DNA of 64,000 bases, taken from assembly GCA_030704615.1 (NCBI GenBank), contig CM060732.1, forward strand, positions 3,534,001-3,598,000, in the 5' to 3' direction. This DNA is from Takakia lepidozioides. Its lineage: Eukaryota; Plantae; Bryophyta. Below, piece by piece: positions 11,501-24,480 of this stretch. The position numbers were made by a program, and so were the translations under genes. The notes beneath the pieces were generated by a model, which was not told the origin of the DNA, searched no databases, and saw nothing but the letters and a program-made list of their open reading frames with translations. Position 1 is the stretch's first letter; each line of letters opens with the position of its first letter.

Positions 11501-14500
11501 CATTTACTTCTCTCACCTGCTCATCAGCTGTGATTGTCCAACCAGTCACCACTTCATCCTGTAAGCTCACAGTGGCTGGTTCTTCTAGGATTTCTATTTC
11601 TCCTTCTCTTTCTTCATAGAAATGTGATGGGTAAAATGCTGGTTTCTTCTTCCGTTGGTGTTGCTGTCACTACACCACAGCAGATACCTCTCAAACAACT
11701 TAGGCTTTCCAGCCGCATCTCTGCAACTTGCTCCCACTCTGGGTGTGCAGCAAATAGGGTAGCTTCCTGCTCCTCATCCAGTCCTCCCCTCCAGTCATAC
11801 TCTCTGACTCCTCGAGGTCTTCTTGTAGCAGGTAATCTACTAGATTTCTTTGTGGTAATTTGTATCTCGTGCATCCCATTATGCACAGTTAGTAACTGAG
11901 AATTCCAGTCATGGAATACCCTGGCCTGTTTCAGCCACGGACGTCCCAATAATAAGGAATAAGCCTCCATGACTTCATCCATTTTTAATACAGTTACTGT
12001 GATCAGAAAGATCATTTTCTGTATCTGTATCTTAACTCCTCTTATTAATCCAATGGCTGTACACTTCTTTGATCTGCCATTGTTACTGTAAATGGGGCTG
12101 GTTTCATGTTACTTAGACCAAGCTCTTCCTTAATTGGTCTGTCATGATATTTACTCCAGAACCACCATCTATCAGTACATCAGTTAGTTCTGTGCTTCCA
12201 ATTCTCAATTGGATTACTGGCATAGAATCATCAAAGTCCATGACTGGTTCTCGCCCTTCCGGCTTCACATTATAACTGGTCACCTTGCTGTTCAGGTCTG
12301 TGTTTCCTGTCTCTTGGGCAATTCGATTGATTGCCTGATACAGCCTGTGCCTACAATAAGGTGCCACAGCTAATAGCTGTCCAATGGTAATTTCTGCTTT
12401 GGTCTGACATATTACTTCAGCCAAAGTCTCTTCATTACTTTGCATGTCTGCATCTTCTTTTCTCCTTTCTTCCTCACTCTCCTCTTTTTCTCCATCCGAA
12501 TCAGAGGAATCTGCCACAGGAATATCAGTACTCTTTTGCATTTCCCTTATAGTATCTGCCACTTCCTTGTGCAGTTCCTTCTCATCCTTCCAAGTCTCTT
12601 CATCTTCAGGCATATCATTGCCACTTCCAGTCTCATCTTCTTCCTCTTCTACTGGAGGTATTAGTTGGCTTTACTTCTTGTTACTATCATTGTACTTACT
12701 TCTGGTACAACACATGGCCTAACCATGTGAGCTGCCACCACTGGGCCCTCATTCACAGGAGCTCTCATCTCATTCTGGTGTCTTATCCAGAATGAACAGG
12801 CTGCCTTGCGATGTCCTGGCTGATTACAATAGTAACATAGCTCTTCACCATTGGGTCCTCGCCCTTGGTCTGGTCTTGGATTATTTCTATAATCCTGATT
12901 CCCGGGCTGGTAATTCCCCCTCGGATTACCCTGATAGTTGCCTCTGGAATTTCCTTGGTAATTCCCTCTTGAATTACCTCTTCCTTCCATGCCATTGTTA
13001 TAACCACCAGACCTACCATAGTGGTCCTGATCATTGCTTCTTCTTGGCTGGGGTTGCACCTGATGCACCCTCACTTGCCTAGGTTCTCTTGCAGCTGTCC
13101 TTCTGTTGTAGTAACAATTCTCAGTAGAATGGTTATCCATTTTACAGATAGTACAGTGTTTCTCCTTCATGTGGCATTCTGTAGTGGTATGGCCTTCATT
13201 CTGGCACTTTGCACACCATACACCCTTCCTCCAATGTGTTGCAGCCTCTGTGGCATACTTCTTCAAGATTTCTTCCAATCTTTTCTCATAGTTATCCCTC
13301 TTCAACTTTTCCTTTCTCTTACTCTTTCTTTTTAGTTCTTGCTCTTCTTCTTCATCTGACTCATCTTCAGAGTCCTCATCTTCCTTTTTCTCTCTCCTGA
13401 GCATTCCCAATTGCTCAATTCTGTTCAGTTCAGTTTCAAATGCCTCCTCCACTGTATTATGGGGTAACATATCCACTTTCTTCTGCAACTCTGGTCTTAG
13501 TCCACTCACAAACCAAGTCTTCTGTAAACCGGGTGCTGGTACTGCAGCCAGCTTTTTCATCATCAATTCCATCTTCTCCATATACTCTTCAACAGTTTCA
13601 TGCTTCTTCTGCTTCAGCTGTTGTAAACTTCCATACACTTCATCCTCAGTTTTACTTGTCCTGAACCTATTTCGAAATGCTGTATTCAAGCCATTCCAGG
13701 TTAGGAAATGATTATCAGGGAATCTTGCATACCATTCACTTGCTTTCTTGATAAGTGAACAAGGAAACAGTCTCATCTTGGCATCATCGCCATTCTCATT
13801 GTTCACTATACACATGTGCTCAAATTGGCTAATGTGTACATCGGGATCCCCTTTTCCTGAATATATTGGAAAGGGTGGTTTTGCCCGTGTTGGTTGTAAC
13901 GCCATCTGTGGCCCTACCTTCTGCCCACTGACAGGTGCTGGCACCCTTGCTGGTGCTGGTCCTTCTGGACCTGTTGTTTTTGTGGTGGATCTTCCACCAA
14001 GTGGTGGCCCTTGAGCACTCCCTGCTTCTGGCCCCACGATATTCACAGTATTCCCAGCTTCAGTTGCACTACTTCCCACACTCCCTGTCCCCCAGAGCCA
14101 GATCCAGGCAGCCCGCCTGATCCCCCTGAGCCGACACCTTCGTTGGCCTGTGATCCAAGTGCTCCACTTGATCCAGGTCCAACGGGTTGGGATGTCCTGG
14201 TTGTAGTCTCAACCTCAGCTGTTGGGTCTACTTCTTCATATTCTTCCTCTTCCAATTTCTTCTCTCTGTTTTCATCCTTCAAGTTCTGCCCTTGGGTTTC
14301 TTCTTCACTCATGTAACTCAACTGTAATGGTGTTGGAGAGTCTGAACTCTCCGTTGGCTCTGCCACATCCTCATCTCCTTCTTCATCTTCTGCTTCAGAA
14401 ACTGGAGTTCCTGCTTTGGTGTTCCATGCCAAACTTTATCAAAGATTTCTGTCAAATCTTTTATCCAAGGATGTACCTCAGATCTTTCACCTCGTGATTG

Positions 14501-14733
14501 ATCTTCTTCCTGTACCAATTCCCTTAATCTTTCTTGCAAAGAAACAGAAGGAGTGGCATCCAACTCTAGTTCTTCCGGTATAGGTGATGCACTTTTTGAT
14601 CTTGATGGTGTGAGAGGTCCAGATGATTCCCCTATGTCTATTCCTCTCTCCCAAAGATATGGATAATTAGCTTTCAGATAGCTTTCCTTTTTAATGAATA
14701 TCTTTGTCGTCTAGCTTCTCTTTCATCACTCAT
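8597..14733 (-). CDS. gag-pol: Gag-Pol polyprotein of element 1 (several small frameshifts)
   Basis: Retrotransposon gag (DPDVHISQF...RLFPCSL), CCHC knuckles, protease LIDGGSGVN, RT FLDDF, RNase H CDAS...TEREALA, integrase HHCC and GLDFVGP...SDQGSHF...PQGNGQAE, and a WKGPY GPY/F module. Confidence 0.95.
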
Positions 14734-14755
14734 GTCCCATGTCTTTCATTTCTTT

Positions 14756-15450
14756 TTAATGTGGCAATAACCAAAACTCTCTTCTGTAATATCTCTCGTA
14801 TATGCCTGGATTTCTTTCAAGCTTCAATGCACCCTTGGCTATACTTGAAGTCTCCGTTACCATATAACCATATGGCAAACAAGTCTGAAAAGCTGTTCTT
14901 GGTGTGAGTTTGATCCACAAAATATCCTTTGGAATCCAATTCTTTACCAGTACAAGCTCTTCATGCATATGAGTATAAACATTCACCTTTCTTTCTTCCC
15001 AGCCTTCAAACTCTACTCGTTTAATGGATAGCAATGCTATCACATAAACAATGTTGGTAACCAACGTGCTCTTCCTCTACAGGCTACCTGATAAATCTTT
15101 ATCACTCCTTTCTCCAGACCCCATTCTGGATCAGCATCATGCACTCGTTTAAGAATATTTTCTTTACATCCGTCTGGCAATTCCAAGAACCTTTGAAAGA
15201 ATTGTTTGGACAATCTTTCTTCCTTCGTTTCACAGGGAATTTGATTCACTTCAAATTCTTTAATGGTCCAACCACCATGATCCCACCAGATGCCTGTCAC
15301 ATCTGGTTGTTCATGTCCCAGTTCCCCAGTATGGTCGCCAAATGTCGCGCGGCTTTTACTCACCCATCCCTTCGCTATCCGAGGCGGAAACTCCAAGATA
15401 GAAGAGTTGGAAATCTCTAAGTACTCAGCCCGCGCAGAACAATCAGTCAT
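14756..15450 (-). CDS. Extra 5' ORF (ORF0) upstream of gag in element 1, spanning U5 and the PBS
   Basis: ORFs 15450-15040 and 15064-14756 join through one frameshift; the homologue in element 2 has synonymous changes and the same TAA after EFWLLPH. Confidence 0.65.
15323..15340 (-). other. Primer-binding site, probably tRNA-Arg
   Basis: TGGCGACCATACTGGGGA, 2 nt after the 5' LTR; identical in element 2; resembles the TGGCGAC...TGGGGA tRNA-Arg PBS of Ogre/Tat-related elements. Confidence 0.85.
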
Positions 15451-16444
15451 GACCTACAGCTAGTGTATCATGGGGGTGTTTCCTATTTGTTCCCTTTTCG
15501 CATTCATCTTAGCTACCTTACCATTGATAATTACGTATTAGTTTCCTTCACTCCTCCATTCAATCCACAGCTTCACTCAGATCTCTCTACACAGTGTGAT
15601 TGTATCGTATAAATATCAGATTATGATTTATCAGGTATCAGGCCGAAGCCATTGTATCTCTATTCTCCTCTACAATATCCCTACGGCTTTGCATCTAACA
15701 AGCATCTACTAATCCTCCTTCATCGTGCTCTCCGATCTCCGCTTCCGCCTGACTCCCAAGTCCTCCCCGAATAATGATCTCATCATAATCCCCGTTCTTC
15801 CCTATCCTCCTATCCGCGGTTCTAACCGTTTCCCTCTCTAACCGTCGTATGTGAACTAACATGTTCCCTTCTCTGGTGTTGTTCCCCACAGTCGTTCCCT
15901 GTCCTACTCTTCGTTCCCTATTATCGTGACAGCTGTGTCAAGCGGTGACTGGCTGTGTTTGGCTGTGTCGGGCTGTGACTGGCTGTGTGTGGCTATGCCG
16001 GGCTGTGACTGGCTGTGTGGGCTGTGTCGGGTGTGATGCTGCTGTGACGACTGTGACGGGCTGTGGGGGGCTGTGTGATGTGCTGTGTGGGCGTGTGTGT
16101 GAGGTGTGTTGATGTGATGTGTTGACTGTGACGCTGTGACGGGCTGTGTGGGGGTGTGACGGCTGTGACGGGTGTTGCTGACTGTGACGGCTGTGTGTGG
16201 GCTGTGTGTGGACTGTGAAGGCTGTGTCTGGGCTGTGTGGCGTGTTTGTTGTTTTGTTGTCGGGTTGTGTGTCGGGCTTGTGTGCTGTGTCGGCTGTGAC
16301 GGCTGTGGGGCTGTGGGGTGTGTAACCCCCTTCTACAGTGCTCTGCTGTCACCCCTAAGGTTCCTGTTGTCTCAGTCTGTGCAAAAATTAAGGGTACCCT
16401 ACAGATCCCGTATAAGTGTCTAAGTCCCCTACAGTCCTCTAACA
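15343..16444 (-). repeat. 5' LTR of element 1
   Basis: Direct repeat of 2863-3955, adjacent to the PBS and flanked by the TSD. Confidence 0.97.
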
Positions 16445-17708
16445 ATAACCAGAAGTACTTAGGCATTACCAGGTCATACCCCCATGGAGTTTTTGTGGTG
16501 TAATACCTTGGATTGGGTCCATTTTGAATATGTACTTTTGTGTGACGATAGAGGCTGCGGCCTGCTCATTGCTTCACAGGTTGAGGGTGGACCAGAGAGA
16601 TTGCGTGGTGGGTCGTGGTGCAATAGGGTTCGGGCTGGGTGTATGAACCAGAAGGGGTAGGAAGTGGAGGGGGCGATGTGGATAGGGTCGTTCGTGGATT
16701 AACTTTGAGTTTGGTGGCGCCAAGCTAAGTGAGGAGGCGGGCCTCTATGATGTACTTTGTATACATCCAATTAATCGATTGATGTAAAATTTTCTGTTGC
16801 TCGTGTGGGTTGCAACTTTGCATATGTGATTTGAACATACTTATGCACATGTGGACCAAATATGAGCTTGAACCAAGTTCATTCAGTGGGTCATTCAAGT
16901 GTTGAAACGAACCAGTACGTGTCGTTGAGACGGAAAAACTGCGTTTTGCCTGCACATGATTTTTTTTTAATTCCATTCTGAAGCCATATGCTTAATGACA
17001 GCATATGTAATGTGCGTGCAAAATTTGGGAGTAAAAAAAAATCATTTGGACCCAGAACCATATTTTGTTCTCTCATTTGCACTCCAAAGTTGAGTTATCT
17101 TCAGCTTCATGCACTCTTCATAAAGAGTTTTGCAAAAGTGACCCTAGGCAAATGTTTTTTTTTTTTGTTTTGTTTTTGTTTTGTTTTGTTTTCTGTTGAA
17201 TCTTTGCACACATATTTAAGCATATGTGGGAAAAAATGAAGCTTGAGCCACATCCGTTTGATGGATGCAATGGCATGAGAGGATTTTCTTTCACATTAAT
17301 AAACAAAATTGGTTGATAGGGTGAACGCGTCCTTGGGGGGGGGAAATGATTTTGTTTGGGTTTGAAACTTTGCATGCGTGACGTTGCGCACATACATGTA
17401 ACCACTGAATGACATATGTGATGCATGCACACATTGAAGGTTGTTTTTTGCATTTCGCTTATAATAAGTTGTTATGGTTGCAATGACACATTATAATATA
17501 TGCCCGTAGGTTCATTTGTTCGTATCAGAACTTTGTCCATCCCTTCCCGGTCCTTTCTCTTGGCACCCCATCCGAAAACAACCCAAGTACATCAGGTGGG
17601 AGCCGTGGGCGAGACACCGCCCCCACAGCACCGAACGATGATGACGATGACAGTGACAGTGACAGTGACAATGACAACAACAATGAGGATGGAATTAACC
17701 AGGAGGAT

Positions 17709-18190
17709 GTGCAAGCCATGGAGGATCTCTTAATGCATTATGTGGGCGCTGATGCATCCCATGGCGAGGAAACCCGGCCAATCGATGATCCTAAAATGGC
17801 CCCCTCAAATGACATGGAGAGGGAGGCGAGAACTCCCTTGTATGAAGGGGTGAAAGTGAGTCGACTTTCAACAATCTTACTTTTGCTCAATCTTCAAATT
17901 TGATTTGGCACAAGTAATGTTGGGATGTCTGCCATAATGCAAACTATTGCGGACTATATCCTTGCTCCACACTTGAAACCCAAGATGCCACGGTCGCGGA
18001 AAGAGGCGCGCGAAGTCTTGGACTCTGGGCGGATGGGCTATAAGATTTTTCATGCATGTCCATGTGATAAAACCCTATACTACGGAGAGGATTCGCGTCT
18101 CATCAAGTGCCCAAAGTGCAAGAAAGACCGATATCGGGATGATGTCCAAGGGAAAAAAATACCACGCAAGGTATAAGCGCCATTCCCCCT
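17709..18190 (+). pseudogene. CACTA (En/Spm) TnpD transposase N-terminal fragment
   Basis: EARTPLYEG...SRLSTILLLLNLQI*FG...MPRSRKEAR...YKIFHACPCDKTLY...KCPKCKKDRY...IPRKV matches the region preceding Transposase_21; premature stops; truncated. Confidence 0.85.
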
Positions 18191-18219
18191 CGCATGGAAA
18201 TGGCTGGGCAGGGTGGGTG

Positions 18220-18912
18220 ACGTGGCGATTCCGGCGACCGCCACAGCGGCAGTCGCCTGTGTGCTGGGTGACGTGGCGACGGCAACTGTAGCAGTTGCCT
18301 GGCAGCACCCCCCCCCCCCCCCCCCCCCCCCACGAGCGACATTGGACCGCCAATCTGGCGGTCCCGAGCCCCCAAACGGCGACCGCCGCAGCGGTCGCCT
18401 CATGGGTACAAAAACAAAAGGAAACAAAAAAAAAAGGTGGGGACCACCAGTCAGGCGGTCCCGAGCCCCTCATCGGCGACCGCCAAGGCGATCACCTCAT
18501 GGGTACAAAAACAAGTGGAAACAAAAAACCAAAAAGGTGGGGACCGCCAGTCTGGAGGTCCCGAGCCCCCAATCGCCGACCGCCGAAGCGGTCTCCTCGT
18601 GGGTAAAAATAAACCAAGTGGAAACATTAAAAAAAAGAAGGTGCGGACCGCCAGTCTTGCAGTCCTGAGCCCCTAATAGGCGACCGCCACAGCGGTCGCC
18701 TCCGGGGTTAAGAAAAAGAAAAAGAAAAAGAAAAAACCTAAATAAAAGGGACCGCTGAATGGGTAAACAAATTTTTAGAAAGTCTTGTGGTCCCGACCCC
18801 CCAACCGGCGACCGCCACAACGGTAGCCGCAGGGGTACAAAAAAAAAGGAAAAAATAAAAAAAACGATGGGGACCAGGAGCCGGGCGGTCCCGAGGCCCC
18901 ACTGGCGACCGC
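18220..18912. repeat. ~100-bp tandem units, each with two GC-rich mini-palindromes (DNA transposon subterminal-type array)
   Basis: GGACCGCC-n5-GGCGGTCC and GGCGACCGC-n4-GCGGTCGCC units starting at ~18344, 18441, 18541 and 18645, degenerate at 18749 and 18871, separated by A-tracts. Confidence 0.8.
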
Positions 18913-18940
18913 GTAGAAATTGATTGAAAGCGTGAACTCA

Positions 18941-19218
18941 ACCTCACAATGTCCTCCGTTGTGGCAATGAGGATGTCCACCAGATGCGTTGCAGAGGAGG
19001 CACGCCAGGATGAATGCACTGATTCGGCCATGTTTGTCGTGGGCATGTCGGTGTCGGAGTCGAGACACATTTCCTGCACAAGCACATGTTGAGGTTACAA
19101 GAAAAGTTACAAATAATGCCAAGAATAATATTCAATGGGACGCGAATTCGTGCAACTCACCTCCCGCATATAGTCGCCGAACTGGAGGAAACGATAATGC
19201 CACCATGCTAGCCAACTG
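18941..19218 (-). pseudogene. Fragment of a second MULE transposase copy (inverted relative to 22107-22383), running into the gap
   Basis: Encodes SWLAWWHYRFLQFGDYMRE, then an intron, then EMCLDSDTDMPTTNMAESVHSSW; high identity to 22107-22383. Confidence 0.9.
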
Positions 19219-19718
19219 NNNNNNNNNNNNNNNNNNNNNNNNNNNNNNNNNNNNNNNNNNNNNNNNNNNNNNNNNNNNNNNNNNNNNNNNNNNNNNNNNN
19301 NNNNNNNNNNNNNNNNNNNNNNNNNNNNNNNNNNNNNNNNNNNNNNNNNNNNNNNNNNNNNNNNNNNNNNNNNNNNNNNNNNNNNNNNNNNNNNNNNNNN
19401 NNNNNNNNNNNNNNNNNNNNNNNNNNNNNNNNNNNNNNNNNNNNNNNNNNNNNNNNNNNNNNNNNNNNNNNNNNNNNNNNNNNNNNNNNNNNNNNNNNNN
19501 NNNNNNNNNNNNNNNNNNNNNNNNNNNNNNNNNNNNNNNNNNNNNNNNNNNNNNNNNNNNNNNNNNNNNNNNNNNNNNNNNNNNNNNNNNNNNNNNNNNN
19601 NNNNNNNNNNNNNNNNNNNNNNNNNNNNNNNNNNNNNNNNNNNNNNNNNNNNNNNNNNNNNNNNNNNNNNNNNNNNNNNNNNNNNNNNNNNNNNNNNNNN
19701 NNNNNNNNNNNNNNNNNN
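19219..19718. other. Assembly gap (500 N)
   Basis: Run of exactly 500 N, probably a placeholder length. Confidence 1.
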
Positions 19719-20469
19719 CTGTCCATGGGGAAGGTGCTTGCACGCTCGCCCCCCCACGCTTCTTCTCAGACGCCGTAATGATTGGTTTGCGCAGCGCATC
19801 TACACAGGTCATATTCCTTCTGACTGCATACCGTTGGCAGTTATTGCGCAAGCCCAGGGGCCGCATTCCGCAGACAAGTTTCATTAACTCTCTGACAGTG
19901 GATTTTTGGGAGAGTGGGCTCCCCGGATTCGTGAATAGGCTTCGTCGCATGCAAAAATCGACCCTGCATTCCTTTCCCTCGCTGCATCCCCCCTTCTCCC
20001 AGGGCGCTTGTCCGAACGCCGTCCTGGCAGTCTTGTGTGCACATCTCCCATGGGCAGTCTTGTGTGCACATCTCCCATGGCCAGAAAACCCGAGCGCTAT
20101 AGTGTACTGCCTCCTCACGAGCATAGAGCTACATTTCCGTGCAGATGGGAGATCTGCCGGGTGATGGAGAAATATCTATGCGTTTGATACCACCTGAAAC
20201 CGGGGTCGGTATTTTTGGAGGAGGAAAGGAAGGATTCAAACGGAGTTGTAGTCGAAAGTATTGTTGTGCTCCACGATGATTTCGGCGACGGCAGGGAATG
20301 GTGAGTTCCACCATCGGACAGCGTCATATACAGGGCTGTTAGGGACTTCATTTGCCTACCAAATGCGCCTTCTATCCTGGCGCCTTCCACGAAACAATCC
20401 GTGAATCAGAGAGTGGGTACCTCAAAGAGATAAGTCCGCAACGAAGTAAATCTAGAGCCGAACCCATCA

Positions 20470-23400
20470 ATGAAAACGAGCGAGAACCGGGTTGTTCACA
20501 ACCTGTCCGACTCCGACGAGCTCATGGAAGTTCCGAGATCATCCTGGAGATCAGGCAAGTCCTCAATGGACATCAGCGGACGAGGGAGTCATATTCCCAG
20601 CACGAACACAGCAGTTCGATCCATTCTTGAAATTCTGCGAGGGCTACACATGGAGGGACACCGCTCGGAGCTAGCTGGGCTGGGCTACAGCAAGTTCGCC
20701 ATTAAATCCGTTACATGCCTTCCCGTAGACGTCGACGGTAATATGTTCTTTGAGTTCCCTCCTCGAACGGACTATTCGAGGGCGTCCGGAATGTTGACAG
20801 ATATGGATAGGAAACATGACGGTCATCCTTGGTGCGTCACCAAAACCACCAGCATGAAGATGCTCGATGGTGTGCGGGTGCGCTACGTTGTTTGTACGGG
20901 CGCGTTGCGGTGTTTCTCCCAACTTGCTTCCACTTTAAATCCAGAGGTCATAGGAACGAGACGGATTGGACAGGCACAGCTCATCAACCATTTTGAGCTC
21001 AGGAGAAGGTTCCAAACTCCACATTTAAGTGTGTGCATTGCAAAGAACCACCACATTGCATGTCTGTTTGTAATGCCAAGCAGTTCTATGTGTTGCACCG
21101 TTTCCCTGACCTCACACGAGCTTGCATACACGTTGGTTCCCATTGTCACAAATTGGCGAGGGGGAACTCGCGGGAGGCTACCTACGAGGCAGAGCAGCTC
21201 GATCAGGAAGAGGTTAAGTTGAGACCTGGTGCCAAACCCAAACAGATACAGCTGCAGGCTGCCCATAAGATGGCATTGGCCAGAATTATGTCGGAAGACG
21301 GCTCCGACAGAGTTCCTCTCGATGATAAAGAAATGGAGGCATTGCTGGAGTCAGTGTCCCACGTCTGTTCACCGAATGTCCGAAACCACATTGTCTCCTG
21401 CAAACAGAAAATTGGGCGTGGCTCGGATATGCACTCCATTCTGGAGGTGTGAAGCGACGATGTGGATATGACTACATTCATGGAAGTAGGTTTCCTGGAC
21501 AAGGGACTGAGGCAGATCGTTGTTTCGTATTCAAAATGTCCACGTGTGGACCTGGCAGCGGCGTCGAACTGGTCAACCGGATGACGAGTGGGGACTTGTC
21601 AAATAATTGGGTCATGTTCGACCATATCAAGAAAATTACAAATCACCAGTGGGTGACAATGGCTGCACATGTCTATGACACCCACTGCAGGATGCTAATG
21701 ACAATTGCTATTTGTGAGATGAAAGGAGAGGACACACAATCGGAGATGCTTCTTTGGCAGGGAATAAACAAACAAATGGCCAGGGCGGGATTGCCCCCTC
21801 CCAATTTCCGTGGTTTCATGGCGGACAACGCACAAGCAAATTGGGCTGCCATCCGAAGGGTGTACGGGGAAGACCCCAATATTCCGATGGAAGGCAAGGA
21901 GAGATCTTGTGGGTTCCATTTTCTGCAGAGCTTGTCGCAGTACACACCCGGCTCGTGGCGCCAGATTTCAGAGAGGAGCACCGTTCCATGTGTCTTGCGT
22001 GGAAGCGTGCTCCCACCTTGGATGATGCAGAGACACAATTTGCATGTATACGGGCTTGGTGGACAACGTCAGGTGCTGTAAAGAAATCAGACGAGGGAGC
22101 AATGGTCAGTTGGCTAGCATGGTGGCATTATCGTTTCCTCCAGTTCGGCGACTATATGCGGGAGGTGAGTTGGACGAATTCGCGTCCCGTTGAATATTAT
22201 GCTAGTCATTATTTGTAACTTGCTTGTAATCTCAACATGTGCATGTGCAGGAAATGTGTCTGGACTCCGACACCGACATGCCGACAACAAACATGGCCGA
22301 ATCAGTACATTCTTCCTGGCGTGCCTCCTCTGCGACGCATCTGGTGGACATCCTCACTGCCACAACGGAGGACATTGTGAGGTCAATTATGCAGCAATGC
22401 AGGTACAACGAGTTCTTGAAAGGGAAACAGTGGGGCTTGGGGCCGGACAGGCAGGAAATGCTGATGCGGACTGCCTCCAGATCAAATAATCCTCGCAAGT
22501 GGGCGGCAGCCTTGCAAGAGGGTCTTCGGAACACCCATTGTTTCGAAGAGGCCAACATTTGGAAGGAGATGTTCACACCCGTCCAGTGAGACGAAGACTT
22601 GACGAGGCACCTGACGGAGACGAGGATTCATGGCGAGCTGACAAGAATATTCGCACGCTCCCTTGTGGTCCCATGATGTTGCCCGAGGAGGTCTCGTCGA
22701 GCACCGCAAGTCCTGCACGTTCAAGATCGTCATCTCTTTTGAGCACAGAGCACGTGCCCGAGGAACATAACGAGCCAACTGTAGTAACGCAGTACAACAT
22801 ACCCATTGTGGAGACAAGAGTATCGGAGTCATAGTGGAGAATTGCAAGGACATTACCGGCATTTCGAGGGAAGTGCTGCGCCATCCGGGTGGATACGAGA
22901 GCACGTTGTGGTGAGATGATTCGGAGGAACCCACACGGTGCTGTACCTGCACCTTGTTTCAGCGGCAGATTTTTGACTCCCACATTCTCTCACGCCACAA
23001 TGTAGACGTTTTGGTTCTGTAGGCACAACATAATGACCTATGTGTTTGGCAAGCCCAAGTACGGGATTCAGGGAATGCCGAAGCCTCCGGGCGTTTGGCT
23101 TGTTGCACCGGGTTGCAACCTCTCTCAGAATGAGGCGGATGCTCTTTCTGCAGCAAAATTTCGAATGGTGCAACGCACAGACGTCCCGGCCCACTCGTTT
23201 CAGTTCCTCAGACCCAGCCATTGCAGACTGCTCGGTCCAGTAGAGACAGATTGGACAATTCTGCACATCCCACAATGCGATTCGGAAGAGTGAAGAGACG
23301 ACACCCTCCCAACAAGTTGAATGAGACTCGGATTGTCAATGCTCTTGGGATGGCTTGCACTATTCAGAGCTCCGTGGACGTACCCCCACCCGGCCTTGGG

Positions 23401-23667
23401 CGTGTTTATTGGATGGCAACGGCCGGCTCAGCTGTACGCGACGACGTATACACAATTACGATTGGAGTGGAGCCGACTTCCAATTGTACGGACTTCTCGT
23501 TGATGAAAGCAAAGAAGGGGTCAAAGTATTATCCGTGCAAGCATCTGTATTACATTTACCTGAAGAGGTTGAGGATGAACTTGACTATTGATGACTTTAT
23601 TCATGCACTAGTGTTGAGCATGAACGAGCTGCACAAACTCCTCCGCCGAGATTCCAGAAATCATTGA
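20470..23667 (+). pseudogene. Mutator-like (MULE) transposase with N-terminal GCM/WRKY-like Zn module, DDE core and C-terminal SWIM finger; frameshifts and stops
   Basis: DGHPW...CTGALRC...C.HC...RACIHVGSHCH; WVMFDH; GFMADNAQANW; SCGFH (CxxH); TTNMAESVH; SWIM-like NCTDF...PCKHL; GT-AG intron at ~22165-22250. Confidence 0.8.
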
Positions 23668-23939
23668 TGGGGCAAAAAGAATCCACCATATAGATATTTG
23701 CAATTGCATTTTGATGCATTAGACTTTGTTTTGCAGTGTAATGAATTGCACCCCAAAACTCCTGGAATGAGACAGACAATATTAAAGTGATGTCTTTTAA
23801 ACACTATGGACTGCTGGATATCCGTTGACATCCAGTGGCAATTCAATGTCGAAACAGAATCAATACAAAAATGGCGGCAGGAAAAATTTGCAAATCTTCC
23901 AGAAAACTGAGTTCCAACAGTTGCAGTTGAGGGGGCCAT

Positions 23940-24480
23940 TTCTGGAAAAATGGCGCCGAATTTCCCTATTTTGGGCCGAAAACTAGCTAAGTCCCAACAT
24001 TGTCTGGAAACGATGTCTGGAAAAATGGCTCCAAATTTCCAGTTACATGGCCCAGAACTGCCCAACATTTGTCCAATGCCCGGCACCATGTACCGAAATT
24101 CGGCGCCACATTTCCAAATTTTGGGCTTACACTTCAAGTTGGGACCTATAACCGCGAAATTCGGCACCATTTTTCGTCGGAGACACCTATTACCGCGCAA
24201 TACGTCGCCGATTTCTCCGCTTGCGGAACCTATTACCGCGAAATTCGGCGCCATTTTTGCAGATGTCGCTCGGAATTCGCATGAGTGGAAGACGAAATAT
24301 CATGAGCACTGCTCTCAAAACTACAATTTCTACTTCAAACAATGAATATTATATTGGCTTTTTCTGACACATTCCATTAAAATAATTTTTTTTATTTCCA
24401 GAATTTGTACTTCTGCTCATGAAAACCGATTGTCTTATTACTCCGCTCGTGCCGCTCATGCTCATGAAATAGCTAACCTC
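23940..24480 (-). repeat. Subterminal repeats and probable element terminus downstream of the MULE gene
   Basis: GAAATTCGGCGCCAT / ACCTATTACCGCG repeats in both orientations; the minus strand from 24480 reads GAGGTTAGCTATTTCATGAGCATGAGCGG, matching 28471. Confidence 0.55.

Larger units (their letters stand above)
2863..16444 (-). mobile_element. Full-length Ty3/Gypsy LTR retrotransposon, non-chromovirus Athila/Phygy/Selgy-like (element 1)
   Basis: Two ~1.1-kb LTRs with TG...CA ends; 5-bp TSD ATAAC at 2858-2862 and 16445-16449; PBS and PPT present; gag-PR-RT-RH-INT order; HLVADHLSRL RNase H end; no extra archaeal-type RNase H and no chromodomain. Confidence 0.97.

Noticed and set aside
1-18190. 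TnpA-like (1-1560) and TnpD (17709-18190) fragments as one CACTA element split by the Gypsy
   Set aside because: They are divergently oriented and no CACTA TIRs were found; possible but unsupported.
18989-20164. Long ORFs of 172-391 aa
   Set aside because: Artefacts of reading through the N gap.
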